Of a stretch of 64,000 bases of DNA, positions 35,843 through 45,629 are shown piece by piece (position 1 is the first letter of the stretch; the number at the start of each line of letters is the position of its first letter). Both the position numbers and the translations under genes were made by a program. The stretch comes from an uncultured virus (IMG/VR IMGVR_UViG_3300000227_000004). Taxonomy: Duplodnaviria; Heunggongvirae; Uroviricota; Caudoviricetes. The notes under the pieces are model-generated. The model was not told the origin of the DNA. It saw only the letters and a program-made list of their open reading frames with translations, and made no database searches. The DNA lies in the IMG/VR virus record IMGVR_UViG_3300000227_000004, positions 1-64,000 of that record, one strand, 5' to 3'.

Positions 35843-37285
35843 ATGAGCATATCTAATAAATTGCTGGCTATAAACCAGGTAAAGAATGACATAAAGGCTT
35901 CCATAGAAGGAATGGGAGGGGATCTGACAGGGAAGACTTTTTCCCAATATCCCTCCGAGGTATCGTCACTCAGCACCTCGTTCACTATTAACGGTACTTC
36001 TGACACCACTATTCAGGCAGCGGACACGCTGTCCGCAAACGATATAGTCGTAGCTAAACAAATCAAGCAGTGGCAAGTCGGTAACCCCGCCAATTGGTAT
36101 GGCGGCAGCTCAGCTAGCACAGGCTATTGCTTTGGTATGGCCTGCACGCCAGATGGCAGTAGGTTAGTAGTGGCTTGTCATAGAGAGACAAGCACAATAG
36201 GCGCCCGTGTGTTTTATGCGTATAACTGGTCTGAAGCCAACCAAAGATATGAGTCTATCGAGCCGTCTGTAGACGTGAATGTTGCGTTGGCTAGTTATGA
36301 TATTGCGCTGAGTGAAGACGGGATGACTTTGGCAATATGTGGGTATGCAGGGGTAGGTCTCAACACGTTTAAATGGAGTGTGGCCAACTCAAGATATGAG
36401 AAGACAGCGGACCCGGACATTAGTCCAGCCGACACCTGCGTTGCTGTGGAGCTGTCTCCTGACGGGACGCAGTTAGCTGTTGGCAGATCCACTGCTCCCT
36501 TTATCTACACTTATACATGGAATGCCGAGTCTAATAGGTTTGTCAAAGACGCTAACCCCGACGTCAGCCCCAGTAGCTATACTTACGGGATGAGTTTTGC
36601 GAATACAAGTCCCCTCAGATTGCTGGTAGGACATGCTGGGACACCTTATTTTATAAACTATCAATGGAGTAGCGCTAACTCCAGATTTGAGATAATGCCG
36701 TATCCGGATGTAATGCCTAATGTGGATTCTAATGGCTGCAGGACAGTGTCAGTTACCTCTGACGGGAACACTGCTGTGCTATGTGCCGGTGGCACCAGTG
36801 CTTCAGCATTTTTAAGCTCATATAAATGGAATAGCACAAACGGAAGATACGAGAAAACTGCAGCTCCAGATATAAAAACAGGCGCTTATGGCGTCTGGGG
36901 AAACCACATCTCCAATGACGGACTGCATGTTGCTATCCCACGATCCACTCTTGGGTTTTTCGGCTACGAGTGGGACAACGATAACGCCAGATTTGAAAAA
37001 ACAGATGATGCAAATTACATTATGCCAGGCACAGACGGGAGCCTTTGTGTGCTCATGCCCAAGAACCTGCCCAGCAGAGTAATTGTGGCAAGCCATAAAT
37101 ACACGTCTGCTACGTGCTATTTCAGGCATTTTAACTTAAGCAGTGGCTTTACCAAAACTAGGGCCTATAAGCGTTTATCCTCGAACATAACCATAGACGA
37201 CAGACATGTTGCTATTGGCTATACCGAAGTCGGAGGCGCGCAGTTGGCTGACGTTTTGGTCAAACGCCTCTGGTGGAAAGTTTGA
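35843..37285 (+). CDS. Beta-propeller receptor-binding protein candidate
   Basis: About six repeats of S.DG..L.V...Y.W....R[YF]EK...PD. Confidence 0.7.
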   Translation: MSISNKLLAINQVKNDIKASIEGMGGDLTGKTFSQYPSEVSSLSTSFTINGTSDTTIQAADTLSANDIVVAKQIKQWQVGNPANWYGGSSASTGYCFGMACTPDGSRLVVACHRETSTIGARVFYAYNWSEANQRYESIEPSVDVNVALASYDIALSEDGMTLAICGYAGVGLNTFKWSVANSRYEKTADPDISPADTCVAVELSPDGTQLAVGRSTAPFIYTYTWNAESNRFVKDANPDVSPSSYTYGMSFANTSPLRLLVGHAGTPYFINYQWSSANSRFEIMPYPDVMPNVDSNGCRTVSVTSDGNTAVLCAGGTSASAFLSSYKWNSTNGRYEKTAAPDIKTGAYGVWGNHISNDGLHVAIPRSTLGFFGYEWDNDNARFEKTDDANYIMPGTDGSLCVLMPKNLPSRVIVASHKYTSATCYFRHFNLSSGFTKTRAYKRLSSNITIDDRHVAIGYTEVGGAQLADVLVKRLWWKV

Positions 37286-37303
37286 TAGAGGAGAAAAGCT
37301 GAC

Positions 37304-38167
37304 ATGGCTAACGCAGCAATAACAACTAAAATGGAGCAGATAGCCACCATTAAATCGGATTTAAAGACGGCTATCGAAGGTAAGGGTGGGAATCTGAGCG
37401 GTAAGGCATTTACTGAGTATGCTAATGAAATTAGCAATATACCCGCCACCGGAGTCTCCATCACAGGGACATTCACTGAACAAGTTCATTTAGAAGAGAA
37501 TGTGGCCAGAGGTAACTTAATATATGCGGTCGAATCTCTCACAGGCACCGGAATAAAGAGCGCGTATAACCTGGCTAACCCGTCGGCGTTGCCATGGAAT
37601 GCTACCAGAGTAGGCTACCTAACCGGCAGTGGACTGGCGGGCAATAATGTGACAGGCACTATGGTACACTCTGGGAACCTCGTTGTAAAGAGCAATGAGG
37701 TCACCACGGCCTATTTTGCACTGAGTGCATGGCCTCTGAGAGAAGTAATAGGAGACTGGGCCGAAATACCCCTAACCTTCCCGGCTGCACTGGCTTATTC
37801 TAGCCGGGCCTTTACTAAAGCTTTGCTAAACTTCACATTTATATTTGAGGCCGATGCTGGGGTGTCTAAGGCAAAAGCATATTTGCACACATCCCAGCAA
37901 GTGCCTAAAGACTACGATCACGGAACCTATTGGACCTCAGAGTCCTTTGTGAACTCTCCTGTTGGGGACATATACCCATACACTGGGGGGACTGATCCTA
38001 ATAGTTTTTTTTATTTTTACAGGAGTGGGGGGTTTGGCACAAAATTTAGTGTAGACATCACCTCCTACCTGGCGGCAAACTCTACAAATACTTACTATTT
38101 CGCTGTTCAAAACAATGATTCCCCATCGATGAAGGTACTAAGCGCGGGCATCAGTGTCTTCTACTAA
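37304..38167 (+). CDS. Second receptor-binding/fibre protein candidate
   Basis: N-terminal 45 aa similar to 35843 (K.D.K..IEG.GG.L.GK.F..Y..E); beta-rich C-terminus. Confidence 0.65.
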   Translation: MANAAITTKMEQIATIKSDLKTAIEGKGGNLSGKAFTEYANEISNIPATGVSITGTFTEQVHLEENVARGNLIYAVESLTGTGIKSAYNLANPSALPWNATRVGYLTGSGLAGNNVTGTMVHSGNLVVKSNEVTTAYFALSAWPLREVIGDWAEIPLTFPAALAYSSRAFTKALLNFTFIFEADAGVSKAKAYLHTSQQVPKDYDHGTYWTSESFVNSPVGDIYPYTGGTDPNSFFYFYRSGGFGTKFSVDITSYLAANSTNTYYFAVQNNDSPSMKVLSAGISVFY

Positions 38168-38173
38168 CTGTCC

Positions 38174-38202
38174 TTGACTAAACAGTCTCGCTCTTCTATA
38201 CA
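38174..38202 (+). promoter_or_regulatory. Promoter TTGACT-N17-TATACA
   Basis: Intergenic, upstream of tail sheath. Confidence 0.6.
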
Positions 38203-38240
38203 TCAATGTGTGTAGTTATTAAATATTCGGAGGAAAAGAC

Positions 38241-41021
38241 ATGGTGGCTTACAACAAACCAGATGTCGAAGTATACCAGCAGTTTAGATTGCCGCAGGGC
38301 GATATTAGACCGGGAGTACTTCAAGCATGCCTAATAGGCCCTTTGTACCAAATTTTTAAAGATGAAGTTCTCGGAACCTATTCAGACGCCGAGCACGTCT
38401 ATTATTTCCCGCTGAATCTTAAACCGGGTGCCGTTCTGGTAGAAGAATCATTGAGTGTTAACGTACTTAAATATGGCGAGACTTATGTAGTCGGCAAGTC
38501 TGACCTGGTAACTCAGGGGCTTGACGGTTCTATCGCCACTGGCTTCGAAACCCTCTTCGTGGATAACGCGAAAGATTTCTTGGCCATGGACATCACAACC
38601 CATACTGATGCTTTCGCAAATGATGGGGACTATTTAAGAATCCCGGTTGGGGCTAACGCTGGCTATCATAAGATCCTTGAGATTGTGGACAGCCATACTA
38701 TTAGACTAGCAGCTCCGCTGCTCCCAGCATCCAGCGAGAATTATGAGATTCGCAGCGCTGGTTATGTTATTGAGCAGGGCACTATTGGGCTTATGCTCCG
38801 AGTAACACCGCTGCTTGGTTTTGCCGGCGACTTAACTGTGAGTTTCAAAGCTCTCAGAACCGACAGAGACAGGTATTTTGAGTGGACTTACGATGACTTA
38901 GTCGCTGATGTCGGCAAAGATCAGATCACTCCGGAAAATCCTTTAGCGTTTGGTGCAAGTCTTGCGCTCTCAGTACTTGGCTCCAACAATTTTGTAGGTG
39001 CAATGCCTATTAAAAGTGATGACCTGAACGGCTACACAGCTGCTCTAGAAGCGTTGGAGGCTGAAGAAGTATACGGCCTGGTTGCCCTCACACACAACGT
39101 GCAGGTTGCTCAGTCATTAATGGCCCACGTAAGGGCAATGTCCGATCCTTTGGAAAAGAAAGAGCGTATCGCCATTATAAACACTGGCTTTGGTAATGAA
39201 ATTATTAAAGCTGGATACATCGATGTGTCTGATGGTGAGACTTCTTTCAGTGGCATTAACAGCACTGAGACAGTTTTGACTGAGAGTGGTGCTTTGGCGG
39301 CCGACGCTGTTGCGAATACTTACTCATTCACAATTGCGGCATCTAGAGTCTCATTGCACTTTAAGTATCCTACTGAAAACATCGATAACGGTGCAATAGT
39401 AGAATATGAACTGGCAAATGACATTGGTAACTGGATTCCAGTCCTTGCTGATTCAGACCCATTGCATGTTATAATCATGGCCCCCGCTGGCACTAGCGTG
39501 TCTAAAGTAAGGTATACGGCCCCAGCCGGTCAGATAGGTGAGATAAATGTCTTCGGACTAGCGACTGTTGGCCAGGCCGAATACACTGAATACACACATA
39601 TGACAGTTGCCGGTCAGATAACTAACATTGAACCCATTTCTGAGATTATCACCGTAAGTGCCACAAACATCACAGAGAAACGCGTCCTGCTTGCAGACAA
39701 GCCTATTAACCCAGAAATCGTAAAAGTTTCAATTCCGGATGTTCAGAAGTTCATCCAGGGTGATGATTACGTCGTTATGGAAATAGGTGGCTTCTGGTAT
39801 GTACACTGGGCCGGCCGCAACATGGATGGAGTTGTTGTGCAAGGCGATACTCTTAAAGTAAGCTATATTAAGGGTGACGCAGTAACCAAGGTCACCGTTC
39901 CTACTCCCGGCCACAAAGCATTAAAAGTCCGCGCCTATGATGTCTCCCCGAGCACTTTTGCTGAAAAACCTGAGGGCTGGACTATGCCAGAAGGAATGGT
40001 TATCCACGTAATCACCGAAGGCAAAGTAACCAGCATTGTCAGACCCGGAACTTACGTATTTGACACAGACATACTGGCCATATACAAAACCATCAGTACT
40101 ACGGATGACATCGCGGACAGACTCTATGACATCCTCATAGAACTTATGATTCTCCCAGGTGCCGGAAGTTACTCAAGAAACAGATTCATCGACGGAGATG
40201 CTGAATTCGTAACTGGGTCCAAGATCAGCGCCGGAGATATTTTGGTTATTGAAAACGGAGCGTCTGCCGGTGAGTATACCGTCCTGAATGTGGCGTCTAA
40301 CACTGAGTTATTCGTAGACAAGCAGTTCGTAGTATTTGAAAGCGGCCTGACTTATAAAGTCAAGCAGGGCACTGTCTCTAAGCTAGACATTGCGAACTGG
40401 ATCGGGACTATCTCACAGTCTTTCGCCGAACGCAGAATTACTAATATTTTCTGTCCATATGTAGGTAGGTCACTGGATGGCGTCAACGTAGAAGTTCTCC
40501 CTGGATATTATTTTAACTGTGTAATCGCTGGACTTATCCAAGTCATGGCACCTCAGGCAGGGTTAACTAACATGAGTATCCCCGGCTTTACTCAGGTCTT
40601 CTTTGTAAGCGACTTCTTCACTTCCAAACAGCTTGACATAATCGCTGGCGGCGGGACATTTATTATAATGCAGCATAATAAATGGTCGGTGCCTTACTGC
40701 AGACACCAACTGACTACCGACATGAGCATGCTGGAGAAACGCGAACTGTCTTGTGTCAAAGATCTAGATTACATCACCAAGATGGGCAGAGAAACTCTAA
40801 GACCATATATCGGCAGATTCCTGGTCAATGAAGTGACGATGACGACTCTGTATAGCGTAGGCAATGCTTTCCTGGCAAAATGTATTCAGGACGGGTTGAT
40901 TAATAGCGGCAATCTAATAAAGATCTACGTAGATCCCAATGCTAGAGACACAGTCATAATCTGTGTTGAAGTAGAACTGCCTGTGCCGTTGAATAAAATC
41001 AAGCTGTACATCTACGTATAA
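38241..41021 (+). CDS. Contractile tail sheath protein
   Basis: PDVEVYQ N-terminus, ALEALE.EEVY.LV, RHQLTT...ELS...DY, YIG, C-terminal PVPLNKIKLYIYV. Confidence 0.85.
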   Translation: MVAYNKPDVEVYQQFRLPQGDIRPGVLQACLIGPLYQIFKDEVLGTYSDAEHVYYFPLNLKPGAVLVEESLSVNVLKYGETYVVGKSDLVTQGLDGSIATGFETLFVDNAKDFLAMDITTHTDAFANDGDYLRIPVGANAGYHKILEIVDSHTIRLAAPLLPASSENYEIRSAGYVIEQGTIGLMLRVTPLLGFAGDLTVSFKALRTDRDRYFEWTYDDLVADVGKDQITPENPLAFGASLALSVLGSNNFVGAMPIKSDDLNGYTAALEALEAEEVYGLVALTHNVQVAQSLMAHVRAMSDPLEKKERIAIINTGFGNEIIKAGYIDVSDGETSFSGINSTETVLTESGALAADAVANTYSFTIAASRVSLHFKYPTENIDNGAIVEYELANDIGNWIPVLADSDPLHVIIMAPAGTSVSKVRYTAPAGQIGEINVFGLATVGQAEYTEYTHMTVAGQITNIEPISEIITVSATNITEKRVLLADKPINPEIVKVSIPDVQKFIQGDDYVVMEIGGFWYVHWAGRNMDGVVVQGDTLKVSYIKGDAVTKVTVPTPGHKALKVRAYDVSPSTFAEKPEGWTMPEGMVIHVITEGKVTSIVRPGTYVFDTDILAIYKTISTTDDIADRLYDILIELMILPGAGSYSRNRFIDGDAEFVTGSKISAGDILVIENGASAGEYTVLNVASNTELFVDKQFVVFESGLTYKVKQGTVSKLDIANWIGTISQSFAERRITNIFCPYVGRSLDGVNVEVLPGYYFNCVIAGLIQVMAPQAGLTNMSIPGFTQVFFVSDFFTSKQLDIIAGGGTFIIMQHNKWSVPYCRHQLTTDMSMLEKRELSCVKDLDYITKMGRETLRPYIGRFLVNEVTMTTLYSVGNAFLAKCIQDGLINSGNLIKIYVDPNARDTVIICVEVELPVPLNKIKLYIYV

Positions 41022-41036
41022 GGAGATAAATAACCA

Positions 41037-41888
41037 ATGGCTTCAGTAACTACTAGCTACAACAACTGGAACTTCAACGAACAACACGTTCAGCAGAATC
41101 TATCGGGAGGGGACTTTGTTGGTTCCCACTCGATTATTTTGTGTGCTACGGCTCCAAACATGGCGGCCCTGTCCTCTATTGGCAATGGTCAGAACAATAC
41201 GATCGGCGATTCTGGCTTCGGCGCGGCCCCTAACGCCGCAGCAGCCGCTGCTGGAATTCCATCTTCAGTCTTTGGTGGGTTCACTGAAAAAATATCAATG
41301 GACAGGACTGCACCAGCGTTCGCCATCCCACTAGGGGTGTGCTCCGATGTGACTGTTCAGCAAGCTCGCCAGATAAACAAGATTTATGAAATCGGTTCTA
41401 AGCTAAGCTACACTGTTAGCGCTAGAACTACTATTAGCTTGTCTCTCTCTCGGGTTCTATATCATGGTCCGAATCTTCTTAGAATGCTATATGCATACTA
41501 TCCAGAAGCACTCCTGCAAGGACAAGGCAACAGACTGGCAGATATGGCTAAAAAAGGCGATACTGCTATGCCTGAAATTAAATTAGAAAGTAATTTTCAG
41601 AGCAGCTTGCCAAAGATCAACGATCTACCTGGTCATGATAATATTTTCCTAAATGCAGCGTCGGATCTATTCTCGCAGCCTATTGGGTTAGTTATGTATA
41701 TCAAGGACAATGTGCACTCTGACGTAGCCTCGATATTTATTGAAGACTGCAACTTAGTGACACATCAGTTTGGCATTTCACAGAACACTGTTGTCGTCGC
41801 TGAAGGTGTCCAGCTGACTGCTGATCGCATCCGACCCATGAAAGTGAATGTCCAAACTACCCAAGCACTTAATGCACTCCCAGTCTAA
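41037..41888 (+). CDS. Tail tube protein
   Basis: Directly follows sheath; PLG......QQ.RQ..KIYEIGS motif. Confidence 0.75.
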   Translation: MASVTTSYNNWNFNEQHVQQNLSGGDFVGSHSIILCATAPNMAALSSIGNGQNNTIGDSGFGAAPNAAAAAAGIPSSVFGGFTEKISMDRTAPAFAIPLGVCSDVTVQQARQINKIYEIGSKLSYTVSARTTISLSLSRVLYHGPNLLRMLYAYYPEALLQGQGNRLADMAKKGDTAMPEIKLESNFQSSLPKINDLPGHDNIFLNAASDLFSQPIGLVMYIKDNVHSDVASIFIEDCNLVTHQFGISQNTVVVAEGVQLTADRIRPMKVNVQTTQALNALPV

Positions 41889-41933
41889 GTTATCTGCAAC
41901 TTTTCTTTCTCTCAAAGGAAAATCACCTTCTTC

Positions 41934-41959
41934 AGGGCCCGTAACCCGGGCCCTTTTTT
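41934..41959 (+). terminator. Intrinsic terminator ending the structural block
   Basis: AGGGCCCG-TAACC-CGGGCCCT followed by T run. Confidence 0.85.
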
Positions 41960-41964
41960 ATGCT

Positions 41965-41992
41965 AAAAAAAGCCGAGGCACATGGCCCCGGC
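41965..41992 (-). terminator. Intrinsic terminator ending the minus-strand block
   Basis: Minus strand GCCGGGGC-CATGT-GCCTCGGC-T7. Confidence 0.75.
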
Positions 41993-42024
41993 AAAAAAAA
42001 ATGAACACTATTACAGAGAGGAGG

Positions 42025-42405
42025 TCAATCTATCACCGCCACACAGGCAGACTCGATTGCCTGCGCAACTAAATCGGGCTTAGATGAGAAATCTTTCCAG
42101 AAGCCAGGCTGGCTAATTATTACTGCTTTTATTGGAGGCATTATCTCAATTGAAAAGGTCCCAGGTATGTTGCCGCTGCTCAAGTTTTCCTCAAGTGCTT
42201 TAACCAGCGCTGATATTTTTTTGTTAATTAAAAGCTCTCCAAAGCTCTTTTTAAAGAAGATCTGAACTTCTAAATCACACTCAGTGTGCGGGATCTCAAT
42301 CACCCAGTTCTTCCCTTCCTTGATGGACTTTTTAATTATTAAATTTTCTATTACAAAGCCCCCTTGGCTAGATAATTGATTAAAAGTCTGCACTGCGTCT
42401 GACAT
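42025..42405 (-). CDS. Hypothetical protein
   Basis: SD AAGGAG; 126 aa. Confidence 0.7.
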   Translation of the reverse strand: MSDAVQTFNQLSSQGGFVIENLIIKKSIKEGKNWVIEIPHTECDLEVQIFFKKSFGELLINKKISALVKALEENLSSGNIPGTFSIEIMPPIKAVIISQPGFWKDFSSKPDLVAQAIESACVAVID

Positions 42406-42416
42406 AATTCTTCTCC

Positions 42417-42857
42417 TTAAAATTTAATACTAAACCCGCCAGCTCTGCCAAGAGCAAGGCCAACGGCTAATATATCTAGTAGATTTCTGTTCTGCTGTCT
42501 TTTCTGCATTTTATTATTATTACTAATCAACTCAGCTTTGTCTTCGGCACTTTTAACTAGCTTCTGACTCATGTTGATCAGACGCTCAGACATGTCCGCG
42601 ACTAAGTTCGTAGTGGACGCCAGCGCATTTTCGTAAGCATTTATACGGATATCTCTAAGTTTTATAATTGCGTTAGCAGCCTCTAAGTCTTCTTTTTGAG
42701 CTAAGAAATTGTCCAGCTCAGCACGAGTCAATAAGTACTTTTCTTCAGTGATCGGGGTGCTGTTAATCTTAATGCCCGGGTGTAATATTTGTACCGCAAA
42801 GGCGCTAGAAATAGCAAGTAAAATAAATAAGTTACTCAGGATGAATTTCTTCAACAT
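42417..42857 (-). CDS. Secreted coiled-coil protein, spanin-like candidate
   Basis: Signal peptide ending AFA, coiled coil, hydrophobic C-terminus ending in Phe. Confidence 0.55.
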   Translation of the reverse strand: MLKKFILSNLFILLAISSAFAVQILHPGIKINSTPITEEKYLLTRAELDNFLAQKEDLEAANAIIKLRDIRINAYENALASTTNLVADMSERLINMSQKLVKSAEDKAELISNNNKMQKRQQNRNLLDILAVGLALGRAGGFSIKF

Positions 42858-43164
42858 TGAAGCCCTCTTTCTTTAGAAAATCTTTTATCTCAGATAGCTT
42901 AGCTCTCTCGATAGTCTTCTTGTTTTTTTCAGCATTTGCTAGGATCTCAGCCTCCTCGGCAGCCAGCTCAGCACTTATTTTATTGATGTGATCATTCACA
43001 ATCTTAACTGCCTCAATAGCACTCTCCCCCGCAGCTATGCCTGCATTGGCGTCTGCTATTTCTGTTCCAGGATCAGACACATTGACAGGGCGAGTTGCAT
43101 AGAACTTTATGTAAATAATTAATACGACAATGGAAAGCGTTAGGCCTACTATCAAATAAAACAT
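42832..43164 (-). CDS. N-terminally anchored coiled-coil protein, i-spanin-like candidate
   Basis: N-terminal TM helix plus Ala/Glu coiled coil; overlaps the downstream gene. Confidence 0.55.
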   Translation of the reverse strand: MFYLIVGLTLSIVVLIIYIKFYATRPVNVSDPGTEIADANAGIAAGESAIEAVKIVNDHINKISAELAAEEAEILANAEKNKKTIERAKLSEIKDFLKKEGFNVEEIHPE

Positions 43165-43167
43165 AGG

Positions 43168-43812
43168 TCAGCTCCTTAGGTAAGTTGGTATGTAAATATC
43201 AAGTGAAAAGTCCTCGATCACGTCTTTAGCATGTCTGCTTATGTATACATCTGACGCTATTGACCTGGTATCATGCACGGATTTACCAGATAATCCCTCA
43301 AAGATGATTGCAAATGTGTTGTATAAATTGACGCTGTTCATCCAGCTAATTAACCTCAGACGCCTGTTGTTGTCAGTCTCTTCGCCTTTCAGAGCGCGTT
43401 TAAGTAAATCAACTAACAACCAATTCCCTTCTGGGGTAGACTCTAAGTCTGACAAATTGATCGAAAGCATTGGACCTGAATAAAAATCCTCTTTCGGGTA
43501 GTCGTTTAAGATTTTAATAACTGAGTCACAAGAATACAAGTCTCGAAGATCATCGAAGCCAAATATACTTCCGGTAATTCCCCTGAATGAAAAATCATCC
43601 ACTGCCAGGCCGGAAAGAACACCGGTTTGTTGAAAAGTCATAATGATTGTTTGCAATTGTCGAGTTTTCTCAGTCTTATCAGACGCATAAGTGTCTATGG
43701 CGTTGCTTAGTGCGCTTATTACTTGCGAGTAAGAGCTATAACTGTCTCCGTCAAAACTCTGGATAAATAAGCCAATGTCAGTCAGCTTCTGCTTAGCAGC
43801 TTGAATGCTCAC
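43168..43812 (-). CDS. Hypothetical protein
   Basis: SD AAGGAGG; 214 aa. Confidence 0.7.
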   Translation of the reverse strand: MSIQAAKQKLTDIGLFIQSFDGDSYSSYSQVISALSNAIDTYASDKTEKTRQLQTIIMTFQQTGVLSGLAVDDFSFRGITGSIFGFDDLRDLYSCDSVIKILNDYPKEDFYSGPMLSINLSDLESTPEGNWLLVDLLKRALKGEETDNNRRLRLISWMNSVNLYNTFAIIFEGLSGKSVHDTRSIASDVYISRHAKDVIEDFSLDIYIPTYLRS

Positions 43813-44347
43813 TGCATACCTCCTTGAAAAGCGCCACGCAGGCCTTGTGATACTTCTCTAGCCCATCGCCAGTATTGTTAAGAACCCGGTCATACATGTT
43901 GAGCATGTCCAGTTCCTCAAGATTTTTAGCCTCGATCTCGTTCGTCGGCCCAAACCCATCTCTGTGTATTCTAATTAGTATGCCTTTTTTCTCTTTTTTG
44001 GTCCAGAGGCCTTCGTTTGCATACCTAACATCCGTTATTATGAAGTCTAGGTCTGATCTATTAATTACCGGCAAGTTACTTTGAATAAGTTTTTTTATCC
44101 AGAAAAAATCATCAATAGCCCTTAGTCCGTCACCAAGTCCCACCAACAGTGATCTGAACCTGAGTTTATCTCCATCGTTGTTATTTAGGTCATATTTTCC
44201 TGGAGAATGCTCATCGATTAACCGCTGCGCAAGTAGCTTAACTTCCCGTGCGAAGGTTAGCTGCCTAGCTAGACTATTTACGGCCAAAACTGCCTTTGCA
44301 AATTCATCTTTTCCGGCGCGAGCGCACCCTACGAGGCCTACAAACAT
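43793..44347 (-). CDS. Deoxynucleoside monophosphate kinase
   Basis: GLVGCARAGKD P-loop, FAREVK, R.LL..LG...R, IITDVRYANE. Confidence 0.85.
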   Translation of the reverse strand: MFVGLVGCARAGKDEFAKAVLAVNSLARQLTFAREVKLLAQRLIDEHSPGKYDLNNNDGDKLRFRSLLVGLGDGLRAIDDFFWIKKLIQSNLPVINRSDLDFIITDVRYANEGLWTKKEKKGILIRIHRDGFGPTNEIEAKNLEELDMLNMYDRVLNNTGDGLEKYHKACVALFKEVCSEHSSC

Positions 44348-44548
44348 TTAGCTTACTCCTAGTTTGTTTAGTTCTCTCAAAATTAAAAGCGCTTCATCTA
44401 TATTGGGGTGATTTTTATTTCTAATTTGCAGATTCTTACTGAGCCACTTTACAGATGAATACCTGAAGCAGGGCACGTCCATGATCTTAGTGAGATTCTC
44501 AAGCTTAGCCTTCAGTTCCTGTATTTTCTGAGAGTTATCACTTGCCAT
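44348..44548 (-). CDS. Hypothetical protein
   Basis: MASDNSQK start preferred over the ORF-track start at 44572. Confidence 0.55.
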   Translation of the reverse strand: MASDNSQKIQELKAKLENLTKIMDVPCFRYSSVKWLSKNLQIRNKNHPNIDEALLILRELNKLGVS

Positions 44549-44564
44549 TGAAAAAAAAATTCTC

Positions 44565-44726
44565 CTATTCAAAATATTTACTTACTTCTCCGAGTAGTTC
44601 TCTCGCGTGACTAGTACTACTATCATCAATCAAGTCTCTCTCATGATCGATTAGTTGAATTAATGTGTCTAGCTCCTCTTCTATTTGTTTCAGGAGCTTA
44701 GCACTTATAAGTATTTTCTTAGCCAT
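44565..44726 (-). CDS. Small hypothetical protein (53 aa)
   Basis: Hand translation MAKKILISAKLLKQIEEEL...; SD GAGGGA. Confidence 0.5.
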   Translation of the reverse strand: MAKKILISAKLLKQIEEELDTLIQLIDHERDLIDDSSTSHARELLGEVSKYFE

Positions 44727-44782
44727 ATCTTCCCTCGCATCTAGTACTACCCTATGATTAATAGCAGATTACCATATTTATT

Positions 44783-45016
44783 CTAAGATGACAACACAGG
44801 ACGTAATATTCTTTTAGGAACCCACCTCGCCTTGTCATCGTTGGTGAAGCGGCCGAGCTCCTCGCTTGCCCACATCTTTCTGATAAATTCTGCAGACAGC
44901 ATGCTACCCAGCGCAGCACTCTTCTCAATTTCAGTGCAGACTGTGAATTTTGTGTTTTTATTAAAGCGTTTATCGGTAAATTCACACGAACATCTTAGTC
45001 TATAAACAACCACCAA
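44783..45016 (-). CDS. Hypothetical protein
   Basis: SD AAGGAGG before TTG start. Confidence 0.55.
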   Translation of the reverse strand: MVVVYRLRCSCEFTDKRFNKNTKFTVCTEIEKSAALGSMLSAEFIRKMWASEELGRFTNDDKARWVPKRILRPVLSS

Positions 45017-45028
45017 TATTTCCTCCTT

Positions 45029-45064
45029 AAAAAAATAGGGGAGGCGAACCTCCCCTATTTTTTT
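45029..45064. terminator. Bidirectional intrinsic terminator
   Basis: A7TAGGGGAGG-CGAA-CCTCCCCTAT7; UUCG loop on the minus strand. Confidence 0.85.
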
Positions 45065-45629
45065 AAATACCGCCCTTCATTTTGGCCAGGGTCTCCAACA
45101 TTTCCCTCTCCTGTGTTGAGAGAGTTTCTGCGACGGTCTCGGCTGGAGCAGCTGTCGCACTCGTCGACTGCACCTGCCCCCCAATTTCTGGGGTAGCGTG
45201 TCTTCTCTTGGTTACCCGTTTTTCAGGTGCAGGACTCTCTTCGGTAGTTTGACTGTTTTTAAGCCAAAATTTTGGCCTTATATCGGGAATTGAGACTATG
45301 GGTCTGCTCTTGAAGTCCGCGAAATGCAGCCACATAATTCTCACTCTACCGCTGGCGTCGAGCAACTTAGCTTCGTACACGTGCCCGTCATCCAAGAAAA
45401 GCAGCATGTCTATATCGTCAGGCCCCCCGACAACTGAGTCCATAGGCTCTACCGCAAAGATGGTTTTTCCTTTAAGCGTTTCCTCCGTGAAGTTTTCCTT
45501 CTTGAGGGAATAGAACGCCTTACCAAAGCTGCTAACCCAAGTGTAGTTTCCTGACATAACAGCTGCCCGAACAGTTTGACTGATCATTGACCAGTATCGT
45601 GCTACATCTTTCCAGTTTTTAAAATTCAT
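45063..45629 (-). CDS. Hypothetical protein
   Basis: SD AAGGAG; overlaps end of vWA gene. Confidence 0.7.
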   Translation of the reverse strand: MNFKNWKDVARYWSMISQTVRAAVMSGNYTWVSSFGKAFYSLKKENFTEETLKGKTIFAVEPMDSVVGGPDDIDMLLFLDDGHVYEAKLLDASGRVRIMWLHFADFKSRPIVSIPDIRPKFWLKNSQTTEESPAPEKRVTKRRHATPEIGGQVQSTSATAAPAETVAETLSTQEREMLETLAKMKGGI

